Position numbers and translations under genes: made by a program. This document shows, one piece after another, positions 34,231 to 44,517 of a stretch of DNA of 64,000 bases (position 1 is its first letter; every line of letters begins with the position of its first letter). Under the pieces are notes generated by a model that was given only the letters and a program-made list of their open reading frames with translations, did not search any database and was not told where the DNA came from. The stretch comes from Desulfovibrio desulfuricans. GTDB lineage: Bacteria > Desulfobacterota > Desulfovibrionia > Desulfovibrionales > Desulfovibrionaceae. The stretch lies in NCBI GenBank assembly GCA_015062205.1, contig SUVB01000051.1, forward strand, positions 25,816-89,815, in the 5' to 3' direction.

Positions 34231-34259
34231 TCCAAAAAGATGCCCGGCGCGCGGCAGGG

Positions 34260-37200
34260 CTATGTGGCAGAGGGGGCCCGGGACGCGTCCTGCTCCCGCA
34301 GCCTGCCGGGCCGGCACACGCAGTTGAGACGGCGCAAGTAGGCCTTGTGTTTGTCCAGGAAAAAGGCCAGGGGACGGGAAAATTCGCGCCCGAGGATGCC
34401 GTTCACCAGCAGCTGGCTTATTTCGCGCTCCCGTGTGAGCACAAGCTGGGAGCGCGCCAGCACGTTGCGGTCGGCCTCGGACATCTTGCGGATGAGCTGC
34501 CGGAACGCGTCCTGCGCGCGCGGCTGGTAGAACCACATGTACATCAGGTCCAGCGCATGGACGATGAAGGCGCGTTCCAGTTCCTTGCCGCGGGCTCCCC
34601 CGCTGCCGTTCAGCCCGCCGGTCCTGGCCAGCTTGACGAGAGCGTCCTCATCCGGAAAGAGCAGCTCAAGGTGCGTATAGCAGTCAAACAGCCCGGCCAG
34701 TTTGCTTTTATAATCCCAGCGGCGCATGCGCAGGTTTTCCTGACTGTCGGCATAGCCCTCAATGACGGAAGCCACGGTATCCGACGCCATCTTGGAAATG
34801 ATGGCCGCGCCGGGCACGAGGAAGAAGGCCGGGTCAGGCACATGCAGCAGCGCCGCCAGCTTATACAGCGTCACATTGTAAAGGGCGGCCACCGGAATGG
34901 CCAGCAGGCCGCGCGCCAGCGCCCCGGCCGACACCCGCCAGGAGAAGCCCAGCAGGGCATTGCGGCCGCAAAGATAGACGGCGTTGATGAAGCTCAATAC
35001 GCCGAACACGATCCACGGGCTTTGAGCCGTGGTGATGCCCAGCGTCCGTTCCAGCAGGCCCACGCGCACGAGCCCTTCCAGCAGCAGTACGGAAAAGCCC
35101 GTAAACATGAGCGAATTGCACAGACGGTTGACGTTGATCTGGTCTTTCCAGTGGATGAGCGCGCCCGGAGAAGCCCCGCGCGCCGCCACGACCATTTGCG
35201 TCACCGTGCGCACGCCGTTGATGCCGAACCAGATGAACGAGCCGAACCAGGCCAGGAACCACCATTCCTGCGTATACATGAAGGTCATAAACGCCGGCAA
35301 AAAGCCCAGCAGCACCTTGAGAAGATTGCCTCCCCTGAGGTAGGCCAGGCCCGGCGAGGCTTTCCGGCCCGCGTCCGTCCCAGCGCCGGAGGTCCGGGCA
35401 AGGCCGTTGTCGCGGGCAAGGCTCAGCCCGCCGAGATTGAGCACGTTGCCCTGGGGGCAGACGCGAAAGCCCACGCTGGCGGTTTTCCAGACGCGGCGCT
35501 GTTCCAGGCCCAGATGCGCGCAGCCGGGCAAATGCCGCAGAGCCCGCAGGGTGCGCTGCCAGAATGTGGGATTGCGGGGTTTGCTGTAGCGGATGAGTTC
35601 CTCAACCGGCGTACAGATGGGCAGTTCGGGCTGACGCCGTTCCCTGGGGCGGTCGTAGAACCTGCGGCCGCGCGCGGGCAGCGTGTCGCGCAGAACGAAG
35701 CCCATGCCGTAGGAGGCGCGGCTCACCGAACTGGTGCCCAGCCGCGACCCCAGGGGCTTGTTGCGGTAATGCTCCCACAGCTTGGGCACGTTGTGCAATA
35801 TCTGCCGGAACTTGGCCGCGCGCTCTTCGTCCCTGTCGCGCATGCGGCGCGCCATCTCGCGTATCATCTGCTTGACGCGCGGTCCCACGCCCTCGTTGAG
35901 GGCCTGCTGCAGGTCGCTGATGGCCTTGAGGCTGGCGTGCCTGCCCTCCATCCAGCCGCGCATGTTGAAAATTTCCAGATGGCTGATGCTGCCGCCGCTG
36001 TCCCAGAGGAGTTCAGCCACATCTTCCGCGCTCAGCCCGGCCGTGGTCAGCACAAGCCGGTAGCCGGGCGTAAGGTCGGCCAGCTCGCGCGTGAGGTCCC
36101 CCGGCGAAAGGCGCAGCAGCGCGGGCAGGTCGGCCGTCCGGCAGGGCCGGGCGAGATCGGGCAGCTCCGGGTGTTCCTGCGGGGAGAGCCAGTGGTCGGC
36201 GATGTATTCCGCGTTGAGCGCATCCAGGCATTCCAACTCCACGCGGGCGTCCTCGTCGCCCCGTTCCGCAAGCAGAGCCGCGCGCCGCCGCAGCGCGGGG
36301 AGCACATGCTGGTGCAGCGCCTCGGCAAGATGCAGGGCAGAGGCCTGCCCCCGGCCCACATGGCGCAAAAAATTCTCGGGCGTCAGTTCAGGCACGGGGG
36401 TTTCCCATTGCGCCGCCAGCAGGGGACGCTGCCTTTCGTTCCACAGGGCCAGGCATTGCAGCACCCGCCCCCGCCGCCAGCGCAGCACCTCCCGCCCGAG
36501 ACGCATGATGCCGGCCACCTTGGGGCTGTGCAGAAATTCCAGAAAATCCTCGTCGGAACTGAAGCCGCGCGGAATCCAGAGCAGGCTGATAAAACGGCCG
36601 TAAAAGGGCGCCTGGAATTCCAGGCCGATGCGCACATTGATGCCGGTGATCTCCGCAGCGCTCAGGATTTCCCTGGCGGCGTCCGGCTGAACCCAGTACT
36701 CATAGGCCACCGTCAGGGAGCGCATGCCCTTGATCCAGGCGTCCATGATCAGATGGGTGGGCGTTTTGCGCCCCTTGGTGTTGGCGTCATACACATGGTC
36801 GTCAAAGGCAAGCTGGTTCCAGCTTTCCGGCATTTCCGGCAGATGGTAGCGGGCCAGCATGTGCCGCACCACCTTGGGCGACCCCTGCATGGTGCGGCGA
36901 AAATCATGGGCCAGCTTGAGCTGTTCCAGCTCGTCGCCGTGGGCGCGCACCATGCCCTTCATGATCTGCATAAGCGCCCGCGCCGTATTGCGCCGCAGCG
37001 TGGTGTGCGCGCTGTTCAGCACCTCGTCATACAGGGTGCGCAGGGCCAGCAGACGGTCGCGGGCTTGGGTGCGCCCGGTCTGGAGATTGCGCAGCAGGTT
37101 GACCACGGCATAGGCCATGCGCGAAACCGGCGTGGCCACCAGTTCCTTGATGCCGTGCGGATGCAGGCTGGGATCGAAAAGAAAGGTTTCGGAAGGGTCG

Positions 37201-37286
37201 CCGTCCGACGCAAGGATGTTGTTGACCAGGGTGAGGATGTCCCTGTCCTGCCGGTCAAAATAAATGCCGTCCCATGTGCCGCTCAC
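34260..37286 (-). CDS. Large hypothetical protein (~1008 aa): degenerate PHP-like domain plus multi-pass membrane region
   Basis: GTG start with AAGGAG RBS; PHP-like spacing FDDHVY...TP.HLI.DA..KG.RSL.V...I.GLEF, later HLEIFN; hydrophobic helices in C-terminal third. Confidence 0.7.
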   Translation of the reverse strand: MSGTWDGIYFDRQDRDILTLVNNILASDGDPSETFLFDPSLHPHGIKELVATPVSRMAYAVVNLLRNLQTGRTQARDRLLALRTLYDEVLNSAHTTLRRNTARALMQIMKGMVRAHGDELEQLKLAHDFRRTMQGSPKVVRHMLARYHLPEMPESWNQLAFDDHVYDANTKGRKTPTHLIMDAWIKGMRSLTVAYEYWVQPDAAREILSAAEITGINVRIGLEFQAPFYGRFISLLWIPRGFSSDEDFLEFLHSPKVAGIMRLGREVLRWRRGRVLQCLALWNERQRPLLAAQWETPVPELTPENFLRHVGRGQASALHLAEALHQHVLPALRRRAALLAERGDEDARVELECLDALNAEYIADHWLSPQEHPELPDLARPCRTADLPALLRLSPGDLTRELADLTPGYRLVLTTAGLSAEDVAELLWDSGGSISHLEIFNMRGWMEGRHASLKAISDLQQALNEGVGPRVKQMIREMARRMRDRDEERAAKFRQILHNVPKLWEHYRNKPLGSRLGTSSVSRASYGMGFVLRDTLPARGRRFYDRPRERRQPELPICTPVEELIRYSKPRNPTFWQRTLRALRHLPGCAHLGLEQRRVWKTASVGFRVCPQGNVLNLGGLSLARDNGLARTSGAGTDAGRKASPGLAYLRGGNLLKVLLGFLPAFMTFMYTQEWWFLAWFGSFIWFGINGVRTVTQMVVAARGASPGALIHWKDQINVNRLCNSLMFTGFSVLLLEGLVRVGLLERTLGITTAQSPWIVFGVLSFINAVYLCGRNALLGFSWRVSAGALARGLLAIPVAALYNVTLYKLAALLHVPDPAFFLVPGAAIISKMASDTVASVIEGYADSQENLRMRRWDYKSKLAGLFDCYTHLELLFPDEDALVKLARTGGLNGSGGARGKELERAFIVHALDLMYMWFYQPRAQDAFRQLIRKMSEADRNVLARSQLVLTREREISQLLVNGILGREFSRPLAFFLDKHKAYLRRLNCVCRPGRLREQDASRAPSAT

Positions 37287-37748
37287 GCCCGCATCTCCTT
37301 GCTCCGTCGAAAAGCCGCGTGTGCGGGGCGGCGCACGGCTTCCGCAGCGGAAGCGCCGTCCCGCCCGGCGACGCATGCCGTCCGCCCCAAGCTTACCATA
37401 ATTTCTATGCGTTACCGCGACGCGGCGTCAACGTCAAACCCTTCATCCCGCGCGAAACGGCCTTGCACGGCGGCTCGGCATGCGCCCTGCCGCACGTGGC
37501 CCGAAGGCCCGGGGTTTGCTGCAGCGGAACGGACAGAAAGGCTGAACGCGGATTTTCCCACAACACCCGCCTGTTCCGGCGGCTGTAAACAGATACGCCG
37601 CGTTGCAACTGAAGGAGGGAAACAGCGTGTCCCGCGCTCCTGCCGCTGCGACGGCAGAGCATTGCCCGTTACGGGGCGTTGCGGGCAATAGCGGCAGGAG
37701 CGGCTGCGTATGCGGGCTGCGACGACGGGACAGTGCGGCGCCGATGGG

Positions 37749-38507
37749 CTAGAAGGCCTTGCCGCCGAAAATCCTGTCCTTCAGCGAGGGCTTTTCCGCC
37801 GCGCCGGGATCCACCCAGTTCAGGACGACATGGCCCATGTCCCAGGCGAGGGAGCGCACGATGAAGCCGGGGGGATCGCCGGGATTGCGCTCATGGATGG
37901 AGAAGAGGTAAAAATCGTGCTTCGCGCGGCCCTCCATGAGCCCGGCCTGGGCCATGGACCAGAGCTGCGAACCGGAACGCGCGTCATAGATTTCCACGGC
38001 CAGCGAGACGGAACTCAGGCCGCTGTTGCCGCCGTCCACATATTCGTTGATGTAGCCGCCCACCACCAACTCCGCCCCGCGGGCCCGGGCAAGGGCAATG
38101 GCGCGGGAGGGCTCGTAGGGGCCGGCGCCGCTCGCGTATTCCAGCGAATGGAAGGCGTTGAGCGAAAGCCAGACCTGCCAGAACTGGCGTGAAATCATGT
38201 CGCCGAAGCTCACGGGGTCGGCAATCTGCTGCACAACGCGGAAGGGCACGAAAAGCGCGCGCGGGCGGTGGCCGATATCTCCCAGCGGGGCCACATAGAC
38301 GGCCGGGGGCTGCCGGTGCGCGAAGTTGTTGATCTCAATCTGGTAGGGCGTGCGCAGGTCGCCGCTGACCCGGTATATCCTGCGGCTGTCGTCCGGGGCC
38401 TTGGCGCAGGAACAGGCCAGGGACAGGGTCAGCATCACAAGAAACGCCCGGCGCAGAATGCGCCATGCGAGGCAGAGGCCGCCAAACCGCACAACCTGAT
38501 GTTTCAT
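37749..38507 (-). CDS. Hypothetical lipoprotein (possibly LpoB/PelC/CsgG-like fold)
   Basis: Lipobox-like LACSCA; GAELVVGGYINEY...VSLAVEIYDARSG.QLWS pattern; start could be a later Met. Confidence 0.55.
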   Translation of the reverse strand: MKHQVVRFGGLCLAWRILRRAFLVMLTLSLACSCAKAPDDSRRIYRVSGDLRTPYQIEINNFAHRQPPAVYVAPLGDIGHRPRALFVPFRVVQQIADPVSFGDMISRQFWQVWLSLNAFHSLEYASGAGPYEPSRAIALARARGAELVVGGYINEYVDGGNSGLSSVSLAVEIYDARSGSQLWSMAQAGLMEGRAKHDFYLFSIHERNPGDPPGFIVRSLAWDMGHVVLNWVDPGAAEKPSLKDRIFGGKAF

Positions 38508-38637
38508 CGCAATTTCTCCGAAATGGGGCCGGTCTTCACCACGGGACGCGCCGCGCGCGCTTCGCCCGCGTGCCGACGCCGCTTTTCTGACACATGCAAA
38601 ATCTGCGCCGGGAAAACGCCGTCGCGCCGGGACGCCG

Positions 38638-39762
38638 TCAGCCCTGCGCGGCCCTGAGCAGCTGCAGCGTCAGGGGCGCAAGCAGCGCCGCCACGGGCAA
38701 AAACCCCGCAAAGGTCTGCGGCCAGCTGAGCCGCAGGGCCGCGCGGCAGCCCACCAGAAGGCAGGCCAGCATCCAGATGAAGCCCGCAATGGAGCCCAGC
38801 AGCGGCACAATGCAGAGCAGGGAAGGCGCGGCGGCATAGGCGGCTATCTGAAAAATGCGGGAGAAATCGGGCCGGGGCCTGACCACAAAACCGTAGGCGA
38901 AATGCAGCAGCGTCGCCAGAATATAGAGCTGCGCCACGGAAACGCCGGTCTTGAGCAGAATGACGAGCGGCAGGCTGACCTGCGGTGAAAGCAGTTCCAG
39001 CATTTTGGCAAGCTCGGGATCGGAGGCCGCGCCGGGAGCCATGAGCGACAGGAAGACGCCGGCCCATACCCGCTCCACCACCACCTGAATGACGCTGATG
39101 ACGAGATAGAACAGCAGGGGGCGCAACTGGGGCGCGTCGGGGCGAAGGCGGCTGAAAAACTGCGGCGCGCCGAACATGACCCGGACACAGGTATGGTAAA
39201 AGGCGGCTATCCAGCCGTCCGGAGCGGGAGCGGCCTCCCATGGATTGGCCGCCGCGCCGCCCGTCTCCTCGCCGGGATCCTCCCCGGAAGCGGCACGCGC
39301 CGGCTGCGGGCGGTCTGCGTCCCGCCTGCCGGGAAAAGGTTCCTCCCCTGCAGAGGCATTTCCCTCTGTTTCCGCCGCGTCCCTGCCCGCGGCAGCGGGA
39401 GCGGCAGGGCCTTCTCCCGCGCTCTTCCCGACCGAAGGCTCCGGCACGGGCGCGGCCCCCTCCTCTGGGGAAGGGAGCCCGCGTCCCGGTATGACCGCGC
39501 CGGGCGGCAGGGGATCGTCCTCATAGCCGCCGGAGACGTCGCCCCCCGTCGTGGCGGGACGCCCCCCCGCGTCGGCAACGCGGGAAGGAACCGCGTCCGG
39601 AGACGCGGCGCGGGCGTCGGGCAGAGGCTCCACAGCGCCCGTTTCCGGCACAAAGCGGAAACGGCAGGCGCAGTGGGGGCAGGTGGCAATGACCGTGCGC
39701 GCGGGCAGACGGTCCGGCGACAACGAGCGGCTGAAACCGCAACGCGGACAAGTTATGTTCAC
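38638..39762 (-). CDS. Zinc-ribbon (CxxC..CxxC) - low-complexity linker - Yip1-like membrane domain protein
   Basis: GTG start with AAGGAG RBS; CPRC...CPHC; Ala/Pro/Gly/Glu linker; C-terminal ~5 TM helices. Confidence 0.75.
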   Translation of the reverse strand: MNITCPRCGFSRSLSPDRLPARTVIATCPHCACRFRFVPETGAVEPLPDARAASPDAVPSRVADAGGRPATTGGDVSGGYEDDPLPPGAVIPGRGLPSPEEGAAPVPEPSVGKSAGEGPAAPAAAGRDAAETEGNASAGEEPFPGRRDADRPQPARAASGEDPGEETGGAAANPWEAAPAPDGWIAAFYHTCVRVMFGAPQFFSRLRPDAPQLRPLLFYLVISVIQVVVERVWAGVFLSLMAPGAASDPELAKMLELLSPQVSLPLVILLKTGVSVAQLYILATLLHFAYGFVVRPRPDFSRIFQIAAYAAAPSLLCIVPLLGSIAGFIWMLACLLVGCRAALRLSWPQTFAGFLPVAALLAPLTLQLLRAAQG

Positions 39763-40051
39763 GCAGTGCTCCTTGAAAAGCCGGCCCGACGGCCGGCGGA
39801 AATCGCATCCCATTCTAGCCGCAGCCCCCCGGGCTGGCAAGCGCAGCGGCGCGGAGGCCGCGCCTGCGGTCTTTCATTTATGAAAAACGGCTGGCTCCAC
39901 AACCTCTCGGCGCGGGCCGTTTCACAAACGGCGGGGCATACCGCCCCCCGGCCGGGCACTGGACCCCTTGCCGCCTTTTTGCCACAATCGCGCCGATGTT
40001 TCTGCAAAAGGAACGCATGCGCTGTCGTTCCCGCCGCTCAAGGAGGCCGCC

Positions 40052-41317
40052 ATGTCCGAAACGCCCAAGGGCCTGCGCCTGCACATCGCCCTCTTCGGCC
40101 GCAGCAATGTGGGCAAGTCCTCGCTGCTCAACGCGCTCACGGGGCAGCAGGCGTCCATCGTGTCGGCCGCGCCCGGCACCACCACGGACCCAGTGGAAAA
40201 AACGCTGGAGCTGCCCCCCCTGGGGCCTGTGGTCTTTCTGGATACGGCCGGGCTGGACGACAGCGGCGAGCTGGGCCGTCTGCGCACGGAGCGCAGCCTG
40301 CAGATCATGGAACGCGCCGACGTGGCCCTGCTGGTGACGGAAAAGACGGCCTGGGGACCGCACGAGGCGCGCATCGCCGCACTGCTGCAGGAACGGAACA
40401 TCCCCTTTGCGGTGGCGCGCAACAAGATGGACGCCCCGGCGGACGCGCCCCCCCCCTGTCCGGCAGGCGCGGGGGATGAGCCGGGCATCCCCGGCGGGCC
40501 GGACGCCGCCGTGCCCGTCATTGACGTTTCGGCCCGCAGCGGCCTCGGGCTGGACGCCGTGCGCGCGGCGCTGGCGCAGCTTGCCCCGGAGAGCGCCCTG
40601 CAGCAGCCGCCCCTGCTCGGCGACCTGCTGCCCGAACACGGCCTGCTGGTGCTGGTGGCGCCCATCGACACGGGCGCGCCCAAGGGCCGCCTCATCCTGC
40701 CGCAGGTGCAGGCCGTCCGTGACAGCCTGGACAGCCGCAAGCTCTGCATGGTTGTGACGGAGGGGGACCTGCCCCGCGCGCTGGACAGCCTGAAACGCGC
40801 GCCGGATCTGGTGGTCTGTGATTCGCAGGTCGTGCGCAGGGTCAATGAGGACACGCCGCCCCACATTCCCCTGACCACATTTTCCGTGCTCATGGCCCGC
40901 CTCAAGGGCGACCTGCCCGCGCTGGCGCGAGGCGCGGCGGTTCTGGAACGGCTCCGGCCCGACGACGCGGTGCGCATTCAGGAAGCCTGTTCTCACCACC
41001 CGCAGAAGGACGACATCGCTCGCGTCAAACTGCCGCGCCTGCTGCACAGGCTGGCCGGGGGCGAGTTGCGCATCGCGCTGGACGCCGGCAAGGAATTTCC
41101 GCGCTATGCTGCGGACTGCAGGGTCGTCGTGCACTGCGGCGGCTGCGTCATCACGCGCGGCCAGATGCTGGCCCGCCTGCGCGCCGCCGAAAAGGCGGGC
41201 TGCCCCATGACCAATTACGGCATGGCCATTGCTCTGGCGCAGGGCGTGCTGGAGCGGGTGCTCTCCCCCTTCCCCGAAGCGCTGCGCGCCTTCAGGGAAA
41301 CGCGGGCGGGGGGCTGA
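40052..41317 (+). CDS. hydF: [FeFe]-hydrogenase H-cluster maturation GTPase
   Basis: GRSNVGKSS, GTTTDPV, DTAG, NKMD, APKGRLILPQVQ, CSHH...HCGGC Fe-S motif. Confidence 0.95.
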   Translation: MSETPKGLRLHIALFGRSNVGKSSLLNALTGQQASIVSAAPGTTTDPVEKTLELPPLGPVVFLDTAGLDDSGELGRLRTERSLQIMERADVALLVTEKTAWGPHEARIAALLQERNIPFAVARNKMDAPADAPPPCPAGAGDEPGIPGGPDAAVPVIDVSARSGLGLDAVRAALAQLAPESALQQPPLLGDLLPEHGLLVLVAPIDTGAPKGRLILPQVQAVRDSLDSRKLCMVVTEGDLPRALDSLKRAPDLVVCDSQVVRRVNEDTPPHIPLTTFSVLMARLKGDLPALARGAAVLERLRPDDAVRIQEACSHHPQKDDIARVKLPRLLHRLAGGELRIALDAGKEFPRYAADCRVVVHCGGCVITRGQMLARLRAAEKAGCPMTNYGMAIALAQGVLERVLSPFPEALRAFRETRAGG

Positions 41318-41437
41318 CCTTCCCTGCGGCATGCCGCCCCGGCCGGGCGCATCCCGCAGACCGGCCGCGCGCTTGCGTCCGCAGGCGCGAACAGATACAC
41401 AGCGACGGGAATGATTTCATACGAAAAAGGCGCCTCC

Positions 41438-41932
41438 ATGCTGCACACGCTCGCGCGCAGGGTCGCGGCCCTGCTGTTCGATCCGCAATTCCTCCGCTTT
41501 CTGCTCTTCGGCGGCATTGCCACCCTGGTCAGCTTCTTCGGCGGCTTCGCGCTCTATGCCTTCTGCTCCGTGCCCTACGCCCCGGCGGTCTTCATTGGTT
41601 CGGCCGCCGCCATCTTCGTCAATTTCGCCCTCAACTACGTGTTCAATTTCCACTACCACGGACGGTCCATGCAGGCCCAGTTCATCACCTTCGCCTCCGT
41701 GGCCGGCATCGGCACCGTCCTGACCACCCTGCTGGCCAAGGGGCTGCTGCACGCGGGCCTGTGGCTCTTCCCCGCCTGCGGCCTGCTGGATGTGGAAGTC
41801 GTCTGCCACGTCCTCGCCATCGGCATCGTCACGTTCTATTCCTTTTTCGCCCACAAATACCTGAGCTTCAATGCGGGCATTCTCGCCCCGCTGAAAAAGC
41901 TCCTTGACCGCACGGGGCGGGGCGGCCGCTAG
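41438..41932 (+). CDS. GtrA family flippase-like membrane protein
   Basis: FLRFLLFGGIATLV, NF.LN..FNF, F..FA.V, YSF..HKYLSF; 4 TM; start may be 41411. Confidence 0.85.
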   Translation: MLHTLARRVAALLFDPQFLRFLLFGGIATLVSFFGGFALYAFCSVPYAPAVFIGSAAAIFVNFALNYVFNFHYHGRSMQAQFITFASVAGIGTVLTTLLAKGLLHAGLWLFPACGLLDVEVVCHVLAIGIVTFYSFFAHKYLSFNAGILAPLKKLLDRTGRGGR

Positions 41933-41987
41933 ACGCCCGCCCCGCAGGCGCGGAAACAGCGGCAGGGAACACGGCCGGAACAGGCGT

Positions 41988-43607
41988 TCAGCGGCGGCGC
42001 AGGAGCAGCCACTCCGCATTCTCGAAAAGCAGGTCGCCCGCGCCCAGCAGTTCTTCCCGGCAGTCCACGCTTCGCGTCAGCAGGAGGGGCGCTTCACCAT
42101 CCTTCCACAGCGTGATCCATCCGCGCGGGTCCGCGGCCATGACGCGCTGCATGTCCACCCAGCGCCGGGCGATTTCCGGCTCCTTGGCGTAGTAGATGAT
42201 GTTGCCGTCCTTGTGCACCGGGCTCATGGGGCAATGCGCCGCATAGCGCACGGCCATGAGGTCATTGTTGCTGAACACCAGTTCTCCCGGCCGGATATGC
42301 CGCCGCAGCGCCGACAGCGCCTCCATCTGCAGGGCTCCGGCCCGGACCATGCCCCGGCCCTCGGCGGTATCCAGAGCGGCAAAGCCCGAGACTTCGGCCA
42401 AGCAGTGCCGGGCGGCCAGCACCTGCTTGTCCTGCGAAACAAAAAACAGGCAGAGGGCCAGGCCGAACGCCGCCCCGCCCCGCAGCAGCGCCGGCAGCTT
42501 CGGCCAGACAAGGGCCAGCGCCGCCGTTGCCGCCAACCAGGAAAGGGGAATCAGGAAACGCGTGCCGCGCAGTATCTCCTGGCTGTAATTGTTGCGGCCG
42601 AGGATCGACGTCAGCCATATCTCCAGCGCACAGAGCACGCACATGCCCGCCATGCCCAGCGCCATGCCGGGCATGAGCGCCAGCAGGCTTTGCAGCCGCC
42701 CGGAGAGCCGCGCCCGGTTTTTCCAGGCGATCCACCAGCAGAGCGCGCCTAAGGGCAGCACCGGCTGCGTGAGGCTGTAGTGGGCAAGGATCTCCCGCAG
42801 CGAGAGCCACAGGTTCTGGAAATCCTCCGCAAAACGGAACGCGCGCACCTGGGCGAACAGCGCTTCGTCATGGGGCTGGGCGAGCATGCCGCCCAGCAGC
42901 CACCAGAGGTAGGCCGCCACGGGCAGGGCAAAACAGCCGGCGCAGAGCAGCCAGTGGGCGGCATGCCTGCGCCACGGCCGCCCCTGCGGCAGGAGGGCGA
43001 AGGCCATGAGCAGCATGGGGCCGAACATGAGCGTGCTGACCGTGTGCACATTGACGGCGCAGCCCGTGAGCAGCAGCACAAGGGGGCGCAGGGCGACACG
43101 GCGCACGGCGAGACAGGCCCCCATGAGCAGCAGCGGCCAGAGGTCGGCGAAAAAAATCCGGGGTATCGGGTCCGAATGCAGATTGCCCCAGAAGGTGCCG
43201 TAGGCCCAGTAGACGGTAATGCTCATGAGCAGAGAGAGAACGGCCGCCAGTGAAGGCCTGCCGAACAGCCAGCGCCCCAGCGCGTAATACATGAGAAAAT
43301 GCAGGAAGATGCCCAGGCTGCCGACGTACAGCAGGTTGGTGGGGGCGTGATCCGTGGGGGAAAGCCAGCCCGCCAAGTCGGTGAGCAGGTTGGGAACCCC
43401 CGGCTCGTGCGGGAACAGGGGAACCACCGGATCCGCGGCAAAGGCTTCGGGGTGAAGCCGCGCCTCCAGAATCTGGGCGTACCATTGCAGATCGCTGTCG
43501 ATATTGACGGCCCGGGGATTCATTGCCAGCGTGCCGTTGAGGGCGGCCAGACAAAACAGCCCTGCAAGCAGGACAAAAAGACCGTCAGCCAGTATGGTGC
43601 GTGACAT
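41988..43607 (-). CDS. Polytopic membrane protein, candidate GT-C fold glycosyltransferase (GtrII/ArnT-like role)
   Basis: About 11-13 hydrophobic segments, acidic DSD in first loop after TM1, C-terminal soluble domain; flanked by gtrA-like and GT2 genes. Confidence 0.55.
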   Translation of the reverse strand: MSRTILADGLFVLLAGLFCLAALNGTLAMNPRAVNIDSDLQWYAQILEARLHPEAFAADPVVPLFPHEPGVPNLLTDLAGWLSPTDHAPTNLLYVGSLGIFLHFLMYYALGRWLFGRPSLAAVLSLLMSITVYWAYGTFWGNLHSDPIPRIFFADLWPLLLMGACLAVRRVALRPLVLLLTGCAVNVHTVSTLMFGPMLLMAFALLPQGRPWRRHAAHWLLCAGCFALPVAAYLWWLLGGMLAQPHDEALFAQVRAFRFAEDFQNLWLSLREILAHYSLTQPVLPLGALCWWIAWKNRARLSGRLQSLLALMPGMALGMAGMCVLCALEIWLTSILGRNNYSQEILRGTRFLIPLSWLAATAALALVWPKLPALLRGGAAFGLALCLFFVSQDKQVLAARHCLAEVSGFAALDTAEGRGMVRAGALQMEALSALRRHIRPGELVFSNNDLMAVRYAAHCPMSPVHKDGNIIYYAKEPEIARRWVDMQRVMAADPRGWITLWKDGEAPLLLTRSVDCREELLGAGDLLFENAEWLLLRRR

Positions 43608-43764
43608 GGGAAAAGCCGCCCGTTGAAGAAAGAAACGCATAATATTGCGGTTTCATACATATTATGGCAAAAAGAAACATTCAAGAACAATTTTATCCGC
43701 ACCGGCTCCGTTCCGTCCCCCCCGCCACTGGACGCGCGGGGGCAGATGCACTAGCCTTGTCCAG

Positions 43765-44517
43765 ATGAACACGCTTTTTCTTTTCGCGCACCAGGACGAC
43801 GAGTACGGCGTCTTCGCCAAGCTCCACGAGCATTGCCGTCGGGGCGACGCCGTCCACTGCGCCTACCTGACCGACGGCGGCCCCCTGGCCCCGCGCCGCT
43901 GCCGGGAATCGCTGGCCGTGCTGGCCGACCTGGGCGTGGTGACGGCGCATGTACACTTTCCCGGCTGCGACGGCTCATGGCGGGACGGCAGGCTGTACGA
44001 ACACTATGCGGACTGCTGCCGCTGGCTGGCCCGCCTGCTGGCCGGACTGGCCCCCGTGGGCGATGTGTACGTTCCCGCCTGGGAGGGCGGGCATCAGGAC
44101 CATGATACGGTCCATGCCGCCGCCGTGGCCGCCGTGGCCCGGATGGAACAGCCGGCCCGCCTCTGGCAGTTCCCGCTGTACAACGGCTGGCGCTGTTCCC
44201 GGCCCCTGTTCCGAACCATGCTGCCGCTGCCCGGCAACGGCCCCGTGCGGCGCGACCCCATTCCCCCGGCCCTGCGCCCCCGCTATGTACGCCTCTGCCT
44301 GCGCTACCCCTCCCAGTGGAAAACTTGGCTTGGGCTCTTCATCCCCGTGGCCCTGCGCTATCTTGTCACGGGCGCGCAGCAGACGCAGGCGGTCCCGCTC
44401 CGGCGCCGGGGCAGGCCGCATGAGGGGCCGCTGCTCTACGAACGCCGCGGCGTCTGCACGTGGGAAACCCTCAACGCCGCGCTGGATACCGACCCCTTCG
44501 AGGTGCGCCATGAGTGA
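43765..44517 (+). CDS. PIG-L/LmbE family de-N-acetylase
   Basis: FAHQDDE and GGHQDH metal-binding motifs, LTDG. Confidence 0.85.
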   Translation: MNTLFLFAHQDDEYGVFAKLHEHCRRGDAVHCAYLTDGGPLAPRRCRESLAVLADLGVVTAHVHFPGCDGSWRDGRLYEHYADCCRWLARLLAGLAPVGDVYVPAWEGGHQDHDTVHAAAVAAVARMEQPARLWQFPLYNGWRCSRPLFRTMLPLPGNGPVRRDPIPPALRPRYVRLCLRYPSQWKTWLGLFIPVALRYLVTGAQQTQAVPLRRRGRPHEGPLLYERRGVCTWETLNAALDTDPFEVRHE

